Source: Promethearchaeota archaeon
GTDB taxonomy: Archaea; Asgardarchaeota; Lokiarchaeia; Sigyniarchaeales; SOKP01
Direction: 5' to 3'
NCBI GenBank assembly: GCA_048939995.1
Contig: JBHLOY010000003.1
Location: 288,001 to 352,000, forward strand
DNA length: 64,000 nucleotides
A program made the translations under genes and the position numbers. Positions 19,499 to 28,702 of the stretch are shown here, one piece after another; the first letter of the stretch is position 1, and each line of letters opens with the position of its first letter. Under the pieces are notes generated by a model. That model was not told the DNA's origin, made no database searches, and saw only the letters and a list, made by a program, of their open reading frames with translations.

Positions 19499-19695
19499 TT
19501 TTAATGACTCACACTAATTTCATAATTTATTCTATTATTGAGGATAAATTCGAATAACAAATTTAAAAGTTGGTTTAATAAGCCAATGAAAATTGCGATG
19601 ATTTTAGAAAATTTTATAATTAGTACGTAGATTTTTCTTAAATTTTATAATTTAGAACTGAAAATTTTATTTAATTTTATTCTATTTCAAGCTAT

Positions 19696-20733
19696 GTGAA
19701 AGCAGCTTTCATTAGATCTCATGGAGAATTAGAGCAATTATCAGTTGGAGATTTAGAAATCCCAAAAATTAAACCAAATGAAGTTCTAATTGAAACAAAA
19801 TTTAGTGCTTTAAATCACATAGATCTCTTTTTAATTAAGGGTTGGCCTAGCTTAAACCTTAATTTACCTCATATTTTAGGTAGTGATGGAAGCGGAATAA
19901 TAAAAGAAATTGGATCTGCCGTCACGACTACTAAGGTTGGAGATCGGGTTACTATCAATCCCGGATTAAGTTGTGGTAAGTGTTATTATTGTCTTTCAGG
20001 TAAACAAAACTTCTGTAAACAATTTTCAATAATGGGGGAGACACAATGGGGTACATTTTCAGAATATTTTAAATTACCCGAGCACAGTGCCTTAACAATT
20101 CCGAAAAAGTTTTCTTTTGAACTCGCTGCTGCTGCTCCTCTAACTTTTTTAACCGCTTGGAGAGCATTAACAACTCAAGCTAATTTAAAGCGAGAAAATA
20201 TTATATTAATTCATGGTGCGGGAGGTGGAGTATCTACAGCTGCAATTCAAATCGCAAAATATTTAGGTGCAATTGTAATTACCACTACCAGCAGTGCAAA
20301 TAAAGTGAAAAGAGCAGAAAAGATAGGTGCGGATTATGTCTTTAATTATAAAGAAGACCCTAATTTCGGTAAAACTATTTACAATGAGATAACTAATAAA
20401 AAAGGAGTAGATGTAATTCTCGATAGTGTGGGAAAAGATACTTTCCAAAGTAGTTTAAGGTTATTACGTCCAGGTGGAACTTTGGTAACCCCCGGTGCTA
20501 CAACTGGAGCGATACTAGAAATTGATATCAGACAGATATTTTGGAAACAGATAAAAGTAATCGGAACAACCATGAGTAATCAGGCAGAATTCCGAGATGT
20601 AATGAATCTAATTTTTCAAAACAAATTAAATCCAGTTGTAGATAAAATTTTCCCATTGAATGAAGTTAGAGACGCTGAAGCCTATTTAAAAGAGGGAAAA
20701 CAATTCGGGAAAGTCCTTCTAGAAATACAATAA
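19696..20733 (+). CDS. Zn-binding alcohol dehydrogenase / MDR-family oxidoreductase
   Basis: CGKCYYCLSGKQNFC structural Zn site, IHGAGGGV and GKVLL motifs. Confidence 0.9.
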   Translation: MKAAFIRSHGELEQLSVGDLEIPKIKPNEVLIETKFSALNHIDLFLIKGWPSLNLNLPHILGSDGSGIIKEIGSAVTTTKVGDRVTINPGLSCGKCYYCLSGKQNFCKQFSIMGETQWGTFSEYFKLPEHSALTIPKKFSFELAAAAPLTFLTAWRALTTQANLKRENIILIHGAGGGVSTAAIQIAKYLGAIVITTTSSANKVKRAEKIGADYVFNYKEDPNFGKTIYNEITNKKGVDVILDSVGKDTFQSSLRLLRPGGTLVTPGATTGAILEIDIRQIFWKQIKVIGTTMSNQAEFRDVMNLIFQNKLNPVVDKIFPLNEVRDAEAYLKEGKQFGKVLLEIQ

Positions 20734-20767
20734 CTATGTAAAAAGAATTAAAAAAATTGAATTAATT

Positions 20768-21658
20768 ATGGTAAGTACTATGACTAAAATTGCAATTGTA
20801 GCTACAAAAGATCGTGTTTATGGTGTCAATAAATCTATTGAGTTACTTGGAATCAATCCTGTGAAAGGGAAAAATGTCATTTTTAAACCAAATTTTAATA
20901 CTGCTGATCCTCCCCCTGCATCAAGTTCCATGGAAACTATTAAGCAACTTATTATTAAACTAAAAGATATGGGCGCAAAAACAATCACAGTAGCAGAGAG
21001 GAGTGGCCCCGCTGATACAGCTAAGACGTTTGAGAAAAAAGGTTTATATCAATTAGCAAAAGAACTAGATTTTGGGATTATTAACTTATCTGAGCTCCCC
21101 TTTGAAGGTTATATTCTCAAAAGACCTGATGAGAGTCATTGGAGAGATGGATTCCTTTTTGCTAAGATTTATAATGATGCTGAATGTATTGTAGAAACAT
21201 GCTGTTTGAAAACCCATATGTATGGAGGACACTTTACTCTATCTCTAAAAAATGCGGTAGGTTTAGTCCCTAAGAAATGTATGTCTGAGTTGCATGCATC
21301 ACGACATCAAAGGAAAATGATCGCCGAAATTAATACTGTGTACAAACCTGATCTTATTGTTATGGATGGAGTTATTGCTTTTGTAGATCGTGGACCAATG
21401 GACGGTACCAGAAAAGAGGCAAATGTTTTTATTGCAGGTACAGATAAAATTGCTATTGATGCTATTGGAGTTGCTATATTGCGAATTTTAGGCACCACTC
21501 CAGAAGTATCCAAAGGATCAATTTTTGACCAGGACCAAATCAAACGAGCAATAGAATTGGGAATTGGTATAACATCACCTAAGGGTATAGAATTTATAAC
21601 TGACTCTAAAGACGCTGAACAATTAGTAGCAAAGATTAAAGAAAAACTAGCAGAATAA
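20768..21658 (+). CDS. DUF362 domain protein
   Basis: VIFKPNFN, LKTH...FTLSLKNAVG, DLIVMDG and DKIAIDA motifs. Confidence 0.85.
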   Translation: MVSTMTKIAIVATKDRVYGVNKSIELLGINPVKGKNVIFKPNFNTADPPPASSSMETIKQLIIKLKDMGAKTITVAERSGPADTAKTFEKKGLYQLAKELDFGIINLSELPFEGYILKRPDESHWRDGFLFAKIYNDAECIVETCCLKTHMYGGHFTLSLKNAVGLVPKKCMSELHASRHQRKMIAEINTVYKPDLIVMDGVIAFVDRGPMDGTRKEANVFIAGTDKIAIDAIGVAILRILGTTPEVSKGSIFDQDQIKRAIELGIGITSPKGIEFITDSKDAEQLVAKIKEKLAE

Positions 21659-21783
21659 TATATCTAAATAATCTATAAGTCCTTTTTTCTTATTTTGTTT
21701 CTTTATTTGAGTTTTACAAAGATTTTTATACCTGATTTTCTATAAGTTCTCACAAGGGCTGTATAATAGAATGAACCTTATTT

Positions 21784-21990
21784 ATGAGGGTAGGAGAAAT
21801 GAAAAAATTATTTGGTATAATTTTCATAACCATAATTTGTATAGCCGACATATCTTGGATTTTTTATGATTTATTTATACGAAAGAGTGATCCTTGGTAT
21901 GCAATATTATTCATTGTTGTATTTGGAGTTATGTTGATTGGATATCATTATTTAGGATCTCCCTTTAGAGAGAATAGACCTTTATACTAA
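21784..21990 (+). CDS. Small two-TM membrane protein
   Basis: Two hydrophobic helices; AGGAG before the internal ATG. Confidence 0.5.
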   Translation: MRVGEMKKLFGIIFITIICIADISWIFYDLFIRKSDPWYAILFIVVFGVMLIGYHYLGSPFRENRPLY

Positions 21991-22030
21991 AATACTTATA
22001 GAAAGCCAGCATTAATGGGAGAAACAAACT

Positions 22031-22693
22031 TTGAGCAGTTACTATTCTAAAACACTTAATGCTGAAAAACTTGAATTATGTTACGAAATTGCTCCTCAAA
22101 GAGTTCAGCAATATCTTCAAGAAGAGATAAATTACGTTTTAGAAAGAGTCTCTGCAACAGATATTGTATTAGATCTAGGATGTGGCTATGGGCGTATTAT
22201 TCCTCAGCTTAAACAAAAAGCCAGGAGTGTAGTCGGAATAGATATAAGCCTAAACAACTTAATTTATGGTTTACCAAATGTATATAATTGTAATGTGTCA
22301 AACATGAATGCTATAAATCTTGGGTTTCGAGATCATGTATTTGATTTAGTGATCTGCATTCAAAATGGGATATCCGCATTTCAAGTGAATAAACGAAGGT
22401 TAATCCAAGAGACAATACGTATAACTAAACCTGGTGGAAAAATATTCTATTCGACTTATTCTGATAAATTTTGGAAGTATCGATTTAATTGGTTTGAACT
22501 CCAGTCAGAAGTAGGACTATTGGGTGAGATAGACTATCAAAAATCTAAGGACGGTAAGATAATTTGCAAAGATGGATTTAAAGCAACAACCATAACACCA
22601 AAGCAATTTCTTTCAATCGTAAAAGGACTCAACATAGATGTAAAGATCTCAGAAATAGATGAATCAAGTTTATTTTATGAGATTTCAGCCTAA
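22031..22693 (+). CDS. Class I SAM-dependent methyltransferase
   Basis: VLDLGCGYG, FDLVIC and KPGG motifs. Confidence 0.9.
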   Translation: MSSYYSKTLNAEKLELCYEIAPQRVQQYLQEEINYVLERVSATDIVLDLGCGYGRIIPQLKQKARSVVGIDISLNNLIYGLPNVYNCNVSNMNAINLGFRDHVFDLVICIQNGISAFQVNKRRLIQETIRITKPGGKIFYSTYSDKFWKYRFNWFELQSEVGLLGEIDYQKSKDGKIICKDGFKATTITPKQFLSIVKGLNIDVKISEIDESSLFYEISA

Positions 22694-22709
22694 TCTTTAC
22701 TAAGATTTT

Positions 22710-23104
22710 TCAGATCCAACCAATCTCTTTATATTTTGTAATACCAAATTTTAGGATATGTTTAATTTCTGTGAGAATTTGAGGCTTAAACCTACTTATA
22801 TTAAAACATGATTTACCTTTAAGCAGTGGTCTTAAATCAGAACTAATATCTTTAAATATGTCCGGATGAGAGTAGATTGGTGAAAAATAAAAACTCACAT
22901 AATTTTTTTGTTGAATAACACCCGCTAAATAAGTTGCTTGAGGTTTTTTTCCAAATAAGCTAACTTCCTTTTTTTCATATAAGTGGTATCCAGTTTTTTT
23001 GTTTTAGCTTGTGAACCAACATATTCATCCCTAGCTGAAAAGTTAGCTGAGTATTTTTCCAGGATGTTTTTAATCTGGATAAATATGACTCCAAGATTTT
23101 CCAT
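22710..23104 (-). pseudogene. Frameshifted DUF1801-like gene
   Basis: ATG 23104 (MENLGVIF...SQAKTKK) joins the downstream frame (TGYHLY...QKNYVSFYFSPIY...KGKSCFN) only if one A is added in the A7 run at 22994-23000. Confidence 0.6.
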
Positions 23105-23165
23105 ATTTTAAAGCGAAAATGGATTACTTTATAACTTTATCATTTTGAAAATCAAAGCAAAAATC

Positions 23166-23187
23166 GGTCTCTATAAAATCTTTATAT
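23166..23187 (+). promoter_or_regulatory. Second copy of the putative BRE/TATA element
   Basis: GGTCTCTATAAAATCTTTATAT, similar to 11258-11279. Confidence 0.45.
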
Positions 23188-23234
23188 TGAAGATAATTCT
23201 AAAAAATTAAGAAAAGTTTTTCATTTCCATATTT

Positions 23235-23293
23235 TAAGAGAGGGTATTGGATTGGTCTTTTATTAACTTCTTCTTTAATTTTTCCCTCCCTTA
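23235..23293. repeat. Hairpin element copy 2 (TAAGAGAGGG-N39-CCCTCCCTTA)
   Basis: Same stem, same 39-nt loop length and shared TTGGATTG loop sequence as 8504-8562. Confidence 0.65.
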
Positions 23294-23308
23294 ATTTAAT
23301 TCTTTAAC

Positions 23309-23659
23309 TCAAGTGTACATCCCATCTGGTGGAGGTTTGTAATACATATTTCTATAACTTCTACCGAATAAAAGTCTTAAAATTTCTTGTATCCGTAAAA
23401 AGTCATAATTTCCAAAAATATCGCTCATATCAATGTTTCGAGGGTCAAAACCTGCTTGATCATAGATTTGCCGCTTTATAGGGTCACTCAAGATATCGTA
23501 TGCCTCTTTTAATTCTATGAATTTATCCTTAGCTTTCGGATCTTTATTAAGATCTGGATGATATTTTTTTGCTAATTTTCGATATGCTATTTTAATTTCA
23601 CTTTCAGTAGCCTCTTTTTCAACACCAAGAATTTTATAATAATCTGCTTTTTTGTTCAT
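23309..23659 (-). CDS. Short J-domain (DnaJ-like) protein
   Basis: DYYKILGV...[11 protein letters not shown]...EAYDILSD; lacks the Zn-finger and C-terminal domains of full DnaJ. Confidence 0.9.
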   Translation of the reverse strand: MNKKADYYKILGVEKEATESEIKIAYRKLAKKYHPDLNKDPKAKDKFIELKEAYDILSDPIKRQIYDQAGFDPRNIDMSDIFGNYDFLRIQEILRLLFGRSYRNMYYKPPPDGMYT

Positions 23660-23798
23660 GAAAGTAATCCTAAAAAATATTTTATTTTTTGATAATCAAG
23701 GAAATTAGGAAATAAATAATTGATCATAAAATTATATAGAAAATTAACAACTTGGATTTTAAATTAAAAGATAAATCTAGTTAAGGATTATAAATTAG

Positions 23799-24128
23799 TC
23801 AAAATAATAAATCAAGAGATATATCCTCAGGAGAAACAACAAATAGTAACTTTTTATTACTTAACCAATATCCTATTAGATAACCTTCTGAGCTTTTAAT
23901 CGTCAGTTGCTTAAAATTACCATTGTTCGTTTCGGAAACTATTCTTCTAGCAGCAGATAAAATCGCAAGTGCTATTCCCGCAATTTTTACATGTTCAATT
24001 TCTTGAGAAAGAGTTGAATTAAGAGGCATCCCCTCATTTGAAACAATTAATGCCTCTTTTATTTCAGGAAATTTTAAATATAATTTTTTCAAAATTTTTC
24101 GATGGGAACGAGCTTGAAACAACCTCAT
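23799..24128 (-). CDS. Roadblock/LC7 (MglB-like) domain protein
   Basis: IKEALIVSNEGMPL...IAGIALAILSAARRI...QLTIKSSEG pattern. Confidence 0.8.
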   Translation of the reverse strand: MRLFQARSHRKILKKLYLKFPEIKEALIVSNEGMPLNSTLSQEIEHVKIAGIALAILSAARRIVSETNNGNFKQLTIKSSEGYLIGYWLSNKKLLFVVSPEDISLDLLF

Positions 24129-24257
24129 TTCTAGCAGATACGGTTTTTATCTTTACTTTTTGTTTCTTCTTACATCTTAAATACGCTAACTATTATTATA
24201 AAACTTACTGATGCTTAATTATTTGATTAACAATTTAATTTTAGTTGAAAAGTTAAT

Positions 24258-24914
24258 TTAAAATCTAAATGACACCTTGAATGGAAGATCGTGAAAAATC
24301 TCTTTAAGTTTGGTCTTAAATTCATCAGAGACTGACTCTAAATCTTTACCTGTAAAAACATTTACTGAAAAATGATCTGGGGTAATCTCTAGTAAATATT
24401 TCTTCAAGTCTCGAACTGTATCTAAATCATCATTTACTCCCTTGAAAAACATAGTATAAATTCTAAAATTCCCTTTAAATTCTTTTCTAAAAATTCTAAT
24501 TCCCTTTAAAATTTCTTGAACGTTAAAGAAATCAAAACAAATGCAAGATTTATGAAAATTCGAAGGAGTAACAGAATTTAAGTTAATTACTATTAAATCA
24601 CATATCAAAAGTGCCTTTCGCACTTTTTCATAATTAAAAAGAGAACAATTAATATAAACTCCCATTTTCTGATTCGGAAAACTCTCCTTAATCTTATTAA
24701 GTAAGCGATTGAATCCAAAAAATAGGTTGATATCATTAATGCCTTTTAACCAGATGTAATCGGGACTTTCCTTTTTAAGAAAATAATCCTTTAACTCACT
24801 AAATATCTCTTCAGTGGGATAATACGGAATCTGATTATCAACATAATCAAAATCTACCGGTAAAACCTTCCCAAATTTAGAACTTGTTTGGAGTTCTTTT
24901 AAATGCAGATACAA
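24258..24914 (-). CDS. Degenerate radical SAM homolog lacking CxxxCxxC (cassette copy 2)
   Basis: Aligns along its length with 4581..5297 (FGKVL, PDYIW, FRKEFKG, GVND, DLPFKV), but the Cys triad segment is deleted. Confidence 0.8.
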   Translation of the reverse strand: MYLHLKELQTSSKFGKVLPVDFDYVDNQIPYYPTEEIFSELKDYFLKKESPDYIWLKGINDINLFFGFNRLLNKIKESFPNQKMGVYINCSLFNYEKVRKALLICDLIVINLNSVTPSNFHKSCICFDFFNVQEILKGIRIFRKEFKGNFRIYTMFFKGVNDDLDTVRDLKKYLLEITPDHFSVNVFTGKDLESVSDEFKTKLKEIFHDLPFKVSFRF

Positions 24915-24950
24915 TTCATCACCAGTGCTAAAAATAATTCTTTAGAAGTT

Positions 24951-27917
24951 TCAATCTTCAGATTTTTTATCGTACAAATCTTTATGAAATGAACTCATTA
25001 TTTCTGCCATCTTTTCCATTTTTTTAATCGATTTTTGTGCTTCCTCAATATTTCCAAGCTTTTCATGGCATATACTCATTTTACGATAAGTATCAGATAT
25101 ATACCATGCTGTAGGATTAATTCTTTCAGCCTCTCGTAGTTTTTCTAGTGCTTCTTCATACTTTCCTGATTCAATTAAAAGTTCTGCATACGTATCATAG
25201 GAATTCCCATCTTCAGGATCGCAACTTATTAATGTCTCTGCTGCTTCAAATGCTTCATTCATCCTATTTAATCTTAATAACATATATGCCCTATTATTCA
25301 AAAGTTCTTTATTATCTGGAAATTGTTTTAAAATTTCGTCTATATGATTTAATCCCTTATTGTAATCTTGAAGTTTATAATATATTAATGATTCTAATTT
25401 ACCTATACAATATCTTTGTTCTGGAAATTTATTGGTAATAGATTGACTTATTCCTATAGCTTCTTTATCTTTACCAAGTGACATCATGAGTAAGACTTTA
25501 GTTTTATAAAAATCAAAATCCATTGGATTTAACTTTATAGCTTCTTCAATAGCATTCAAAGCTTCTTCATTTAATCCCAGATCTCGCAATATAAAAGCCT
25601 CAGATTGTAGATAAAGTGCTTTCTTAAAATTAATCTTTTCAATATTTAAAGCATTATTGATACTCTCTTTAAAGTCATCAATAGTCAGATCATTTAATTC
25701 ACCACTATATATCAATGAATAACCAAAAACAAGGGCTTTTGAAAGGTAAGATATAGAATAATCTTGATACTTAATTTGGCTGATATTGGCAAAATCTAAC
25801 GCTTCCTTGAATCTATTACGAGCAATATATGAATACACTAAAATTAATATCGTAGAAGTATCTATTAGAGGATTTAATCCCCAAGGGTCAATAACAAAAT
25901 TTAATTCCTCTTTAATTATCTTTTCTGCCTCTCTATACTTCTTTGTAATACATAATATCAAAGCTTTTAGGATTAAAAGCTCTTTATCCAATGGTTTTAA
26001 TTTAATTGCATTATTTATCACTTCAAGAGGTTCTTTAGGTGATCTTGTACAAACACCTTCTGTGCAAACTATGGCTAAAAATTTTGTTCTTAATAGAAGA
26101 ATATTGTTTGGGAACTCAGAAATGGCTTTATTAATTACTTTGAGACCTTCAAGTTCTTGATCTTTTTTTATTAAAATTTGAGCTTTTTGGGCTATTAATG
26201 AAATATTAAACGCATTCTGAATCCCTTCTTCAACTACTTTTAATGACTTGTCTAAGAAATCCATTAAAAAGTAAGTCATTGACTGTAATAAATAGCCAAT
26301 ATAATTTTGTGGAAATTCTTGGATTATATGGTTTGTTATTTCAATTGATTCTTCGAATCTATGACCTACTGTTTTAATAATATCATTAACTACCAAACTT
26401 TCTATCTTGTCTAAATTCTGACTTTTATCATTAAATAGATTAAAAGCTTCATTAATCTTCCCATTTTTAAGCATTTGTATAATTTGACTAACAAATTCAC
26501 GATTTGATGCTTTAAAACCCTCTATGGTTTCAATATACTCAATATAATTCAATTTGCTTAAATAGAATAGATCCATTGATTCGAAAATTTGATAATACAA
26601 TGTATAATTCAATTCAGGCTCTTTCTCTAGAGTATTAGAAGCCTTAGAAGAAAAGGTCTCAAACTCTGCCGAAATTGTCTGCCAGATAAGACTTTCTAAT
26701 TTAGTCTCATCAGTTATTAACTTCTTTTCAGTTTCAATCTTGTATGCTAAATATTTTATATAGTTCGGTAAAAATTTCCTTAGAGTATCCTTTAAATTAT
26801 CATGAAATAAGTGATTACAAATTTCACTTAAGATATTTTCAATTATATTTGAAATGGTTAATGCTGGTGCCTTTTTGTTTGTATTCTCATATAAATTATT
26901 CAAATAGGTATATCGAGTTATATAATCATCTACAATTGCTCTTAAAACTCTCTCAATTTTTTCGTTCACTTGGAAATAATACACTTTATTAGGTGAAACC
27001 TCTAATTTGAAGAACTTTATTTCATAAAATTCTTCTTCCACTATTTTATCTATGAAGAAATTCAACGTCGTTTTCTTTAAATTAAAATCACTAGAAAATC
27101 TTTCAGGTGAAATATAATCTGGATATTGATTTGGATGATTTATTGATAAAAATAATAAGATTTTGTTAAAATCTTCTTCCTCTTCCAATAGGGTCTCTAC
27201 TCGAGAATAGTTTAATTTCAATACATTATTGAGAAATCTAAACTTAATTCTATCATCCTCTATTCCATATTCTTCAAAAAATTGGGTGCTAAATTTGGTA
27301 AATTCTTGAATATGCTTACTCTCTTCTTCTAATATTGATTGACGGTCTAATTCATATTCTCTTAGAACGTTAAAATATTCTGACTTACCCAATGGAGTTA
27401 TTTTATACTCTCTATTTTCATTAATAACAAAACCATTATCCATTAAGTAATTTAGAGCTCTCGATAATGAAGATTGATTTATTTTATAGAGGATTTCTTC
27501 AAATCTAATATCTTCTAAAAAGTCGGACCATTTACAAGCTTCATTATTATAAAGCATCCATAAAATCCAATGATTATATTCCCTTCTCTTTAATATAACT
27601 TGGGGAGGGTAATTTAGCCCTTTAGGGCCCTCTCTTCCATATTGTGTTAATTCCTTATATCTTTCTATACCTTCCTGAGTAATCTTATAATAATTACGTT
27701 CAGGCTTAATTATAAATCCTTTACCAATAAGCTTATCTAAATTCTGCGATAACGTTGAAGCAGGAATCTCGAGATTATCATCTGAATCATCAGTAAAATT
27801 AGACCATTCACAATGATCCTTTCCGTAAAGATTATCACTATTATATAATTTCCAAAGAATAATATATTCTGCAGAATTATTTGCGATTTTTGCAATCTGA
27901 ATTTTGGTTTTACTCAT
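24951..27917 (-). CDS. Tandem winged-helix + TPR putative regulator (cassette copy 2)
   Basis: WILWMLYNN..CKWSDF, INQSSLS, KFRFLNNVLK, SINHP.QYP and C-terminal TPRs. Confidence 0.85.
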   Translation of the reverse strand: MSKTKIQIAKIANNSAEYIILWKLYNSDNLYGKDHCEWSNFTDDSDDNLEIPASTLSQNLDKLIGKGFIIKPERNYYKITQEGIERYKELTQYGREGPKGLNYPPQVILKRREYNHWILWMLYNNEACKWSDFLEDIRFEEILYKINQSSLSRALNYLMDNGFVINENREYKITPLGKSEYFNVLREYELDRQSILEEESKHIQEFTKFSTQFFEEYGIEDDRIKFRFLNNVLKLNYSRVETLLEEEEDFNKILLFLSINHPNQYPDYISPERFSSDFNLKKTTLNFFIDKIVEEEFYEIKFFKLEVSPNKVYYFQVNEKIERVLRAIVDDYITRYTYLNNLYENTNKKAPALTISNIIENILSEICNHLFHDNLKDTLRKFLPNYIKYLAYKIETEKKLITDETKLESLIWQTISAEFETFSSKASNTLEKEPELNYTLYYQIFESMDLFYLSKLNYIEYIETIEGFKASNREFVSQIIQMLKNGKINEAFNLFNDKSQNLDKIESLVVNDIIKTVGHRFEESIEITNHIIQEFPQNYIGYLLQSMTYFLMDFLDKSLKVVEEGIQNAFNISLIAQKAQILIKKDQELEGLKVINKAISEFPNNILLLRTKFLAIVCTEGVCTRSPKEPLEVINNAIKLKPLDKELLILKALILCITKKYREAEKIIKEELNFVIDPWGLNPLIDTSTILILVYSYIARNRFKEALDFANISQIKYQDYSISYLSKALVFGYSLIYSGELNDLTIDDFKESINNALNIEKINFKKALYLQSEAFILRDLGLNEEALNAIEEAIKLNPMDFDFYKTKVLLMMSLGKDKEAIGISQSITNKFPEQRYCIGKLESLIYYKLQDYNKGLNHIDEILKQFPDNKELLNNRAYMLLRLNRMNEAFEAAETLISCDPEDGNSYDTYAELLIESGKYEEALEKLREAERINPTAWYISDTYRKMSICHEKLGNIEEAQKSIKKMEKMAEIMSSFHKDLYDKKSED

Positions 27918-28159
27918 AATTTGATTATTTTGCCTATGTTTCTCACTTAATTAATTTAAATATGAACTTCTATTTATATTTTATAGTCCGTTACTTCGTT
28001 CCAAACTATCCCGAACAAATGTACTCCGATCAGAAGTACGCATAAATAAACTAAATATAGAAGTATTTCTTAACTTTTAATAAGTGAAAAGAAGGATTTC
28101 TAAAAAAAAATAGTCTCCCAAAGAAAAGAACAATTCAAATTAGTGAGTGGAAAGAAAAA

Positions 28160-28528
28160 ATGAGCCAAAATGTCGCGATATCAAGATATACAGATTCATT
28201 AGCAGCTGTTGAAACCATTCTTGAAGATTATTGGAAACCTAAAATTATCCCTCTTGAAAGTTTGGAACAGAAGCCTAAAACTAAAGAAAATCTGCATGAT
28301 ACGATTGCGGCTCAAAAAAGTCTTACGTACACTATTACGTTAAATGTGACTATTTTAGTGAGTTCAATTGGAGGGCTCTTACTGTTGATAACAATTAGCC
28401 CGTTATTAATACCCTTTAATATAATAATAATAATGGCATTTGCATTGGTCCAAGCTTTAGTTATAATAAAAAGCGAGACTGAATGTATTATGAAAAAAAT
28501 TAAGAAGAGGATGAGTAGGACAAAATGA
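28160..28528 (+). CDS. Small two-TM protein divergent from wHTH-TPR copy 2
   Basis: 122-aa ORF with a hydrophobic hairpin. Confidence 0.6.
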   Translation: MSQNVAISRYTDSLAAVETILEDYWKPKIIPLESLEQKPKTKENLHDTIAAQKSLTYTITLNVTILVSSIGGLLLLITISPLLIPFNIIIIMAFALVQALVIIKSETECIMKKIKKRMSRTK

Positions 28529-28653
28529 ATGAAAATAGTAAGGATGTCTTATATAAGGTCACTTATGGCGTTATAACTCTTGCTACTATTGTTATAGCCG
28601 TCTATAGTTTAATATTTTTTATTGATTCATTAATGATTGCTTTTTCAAGTTAA
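28525..28653 (+). CDS. 42-aa single-TM peptide MNENSKDVLYKVTYGVITLATIVIAVYSLIFFIDSLMIAFSS (not in ORF track)
   Basis: ATGA overlap with the upstream stop codon; AGGA upstream. Confidence 0.5.
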   Translation: MNENSKDVLYKVTYGVITLATIVIAVYSLIFFIDSLMIAFSS

Positions 28654-28702
28654 ATTCTTTTCCAGATCCGTATTTTAACAGGCCACCTGAGTGAGGGAAA
28701 CC

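Noticed and set aside
23247-23294. 15-aa ORF (TTG start, MDWSFINFFFNFSLP) inside hairpin copy 2 as a type I toxin
   Set aside because: The equivalent frame in copy 1 stops after two codons (TTG GAT TGA), so coding is not conserved.
23309-23659. Assigning dnaJ
   Set aside because: It is a J-domain only, with no Zn-finger or substrate-binding domain and no dnaK/grpE nearby.
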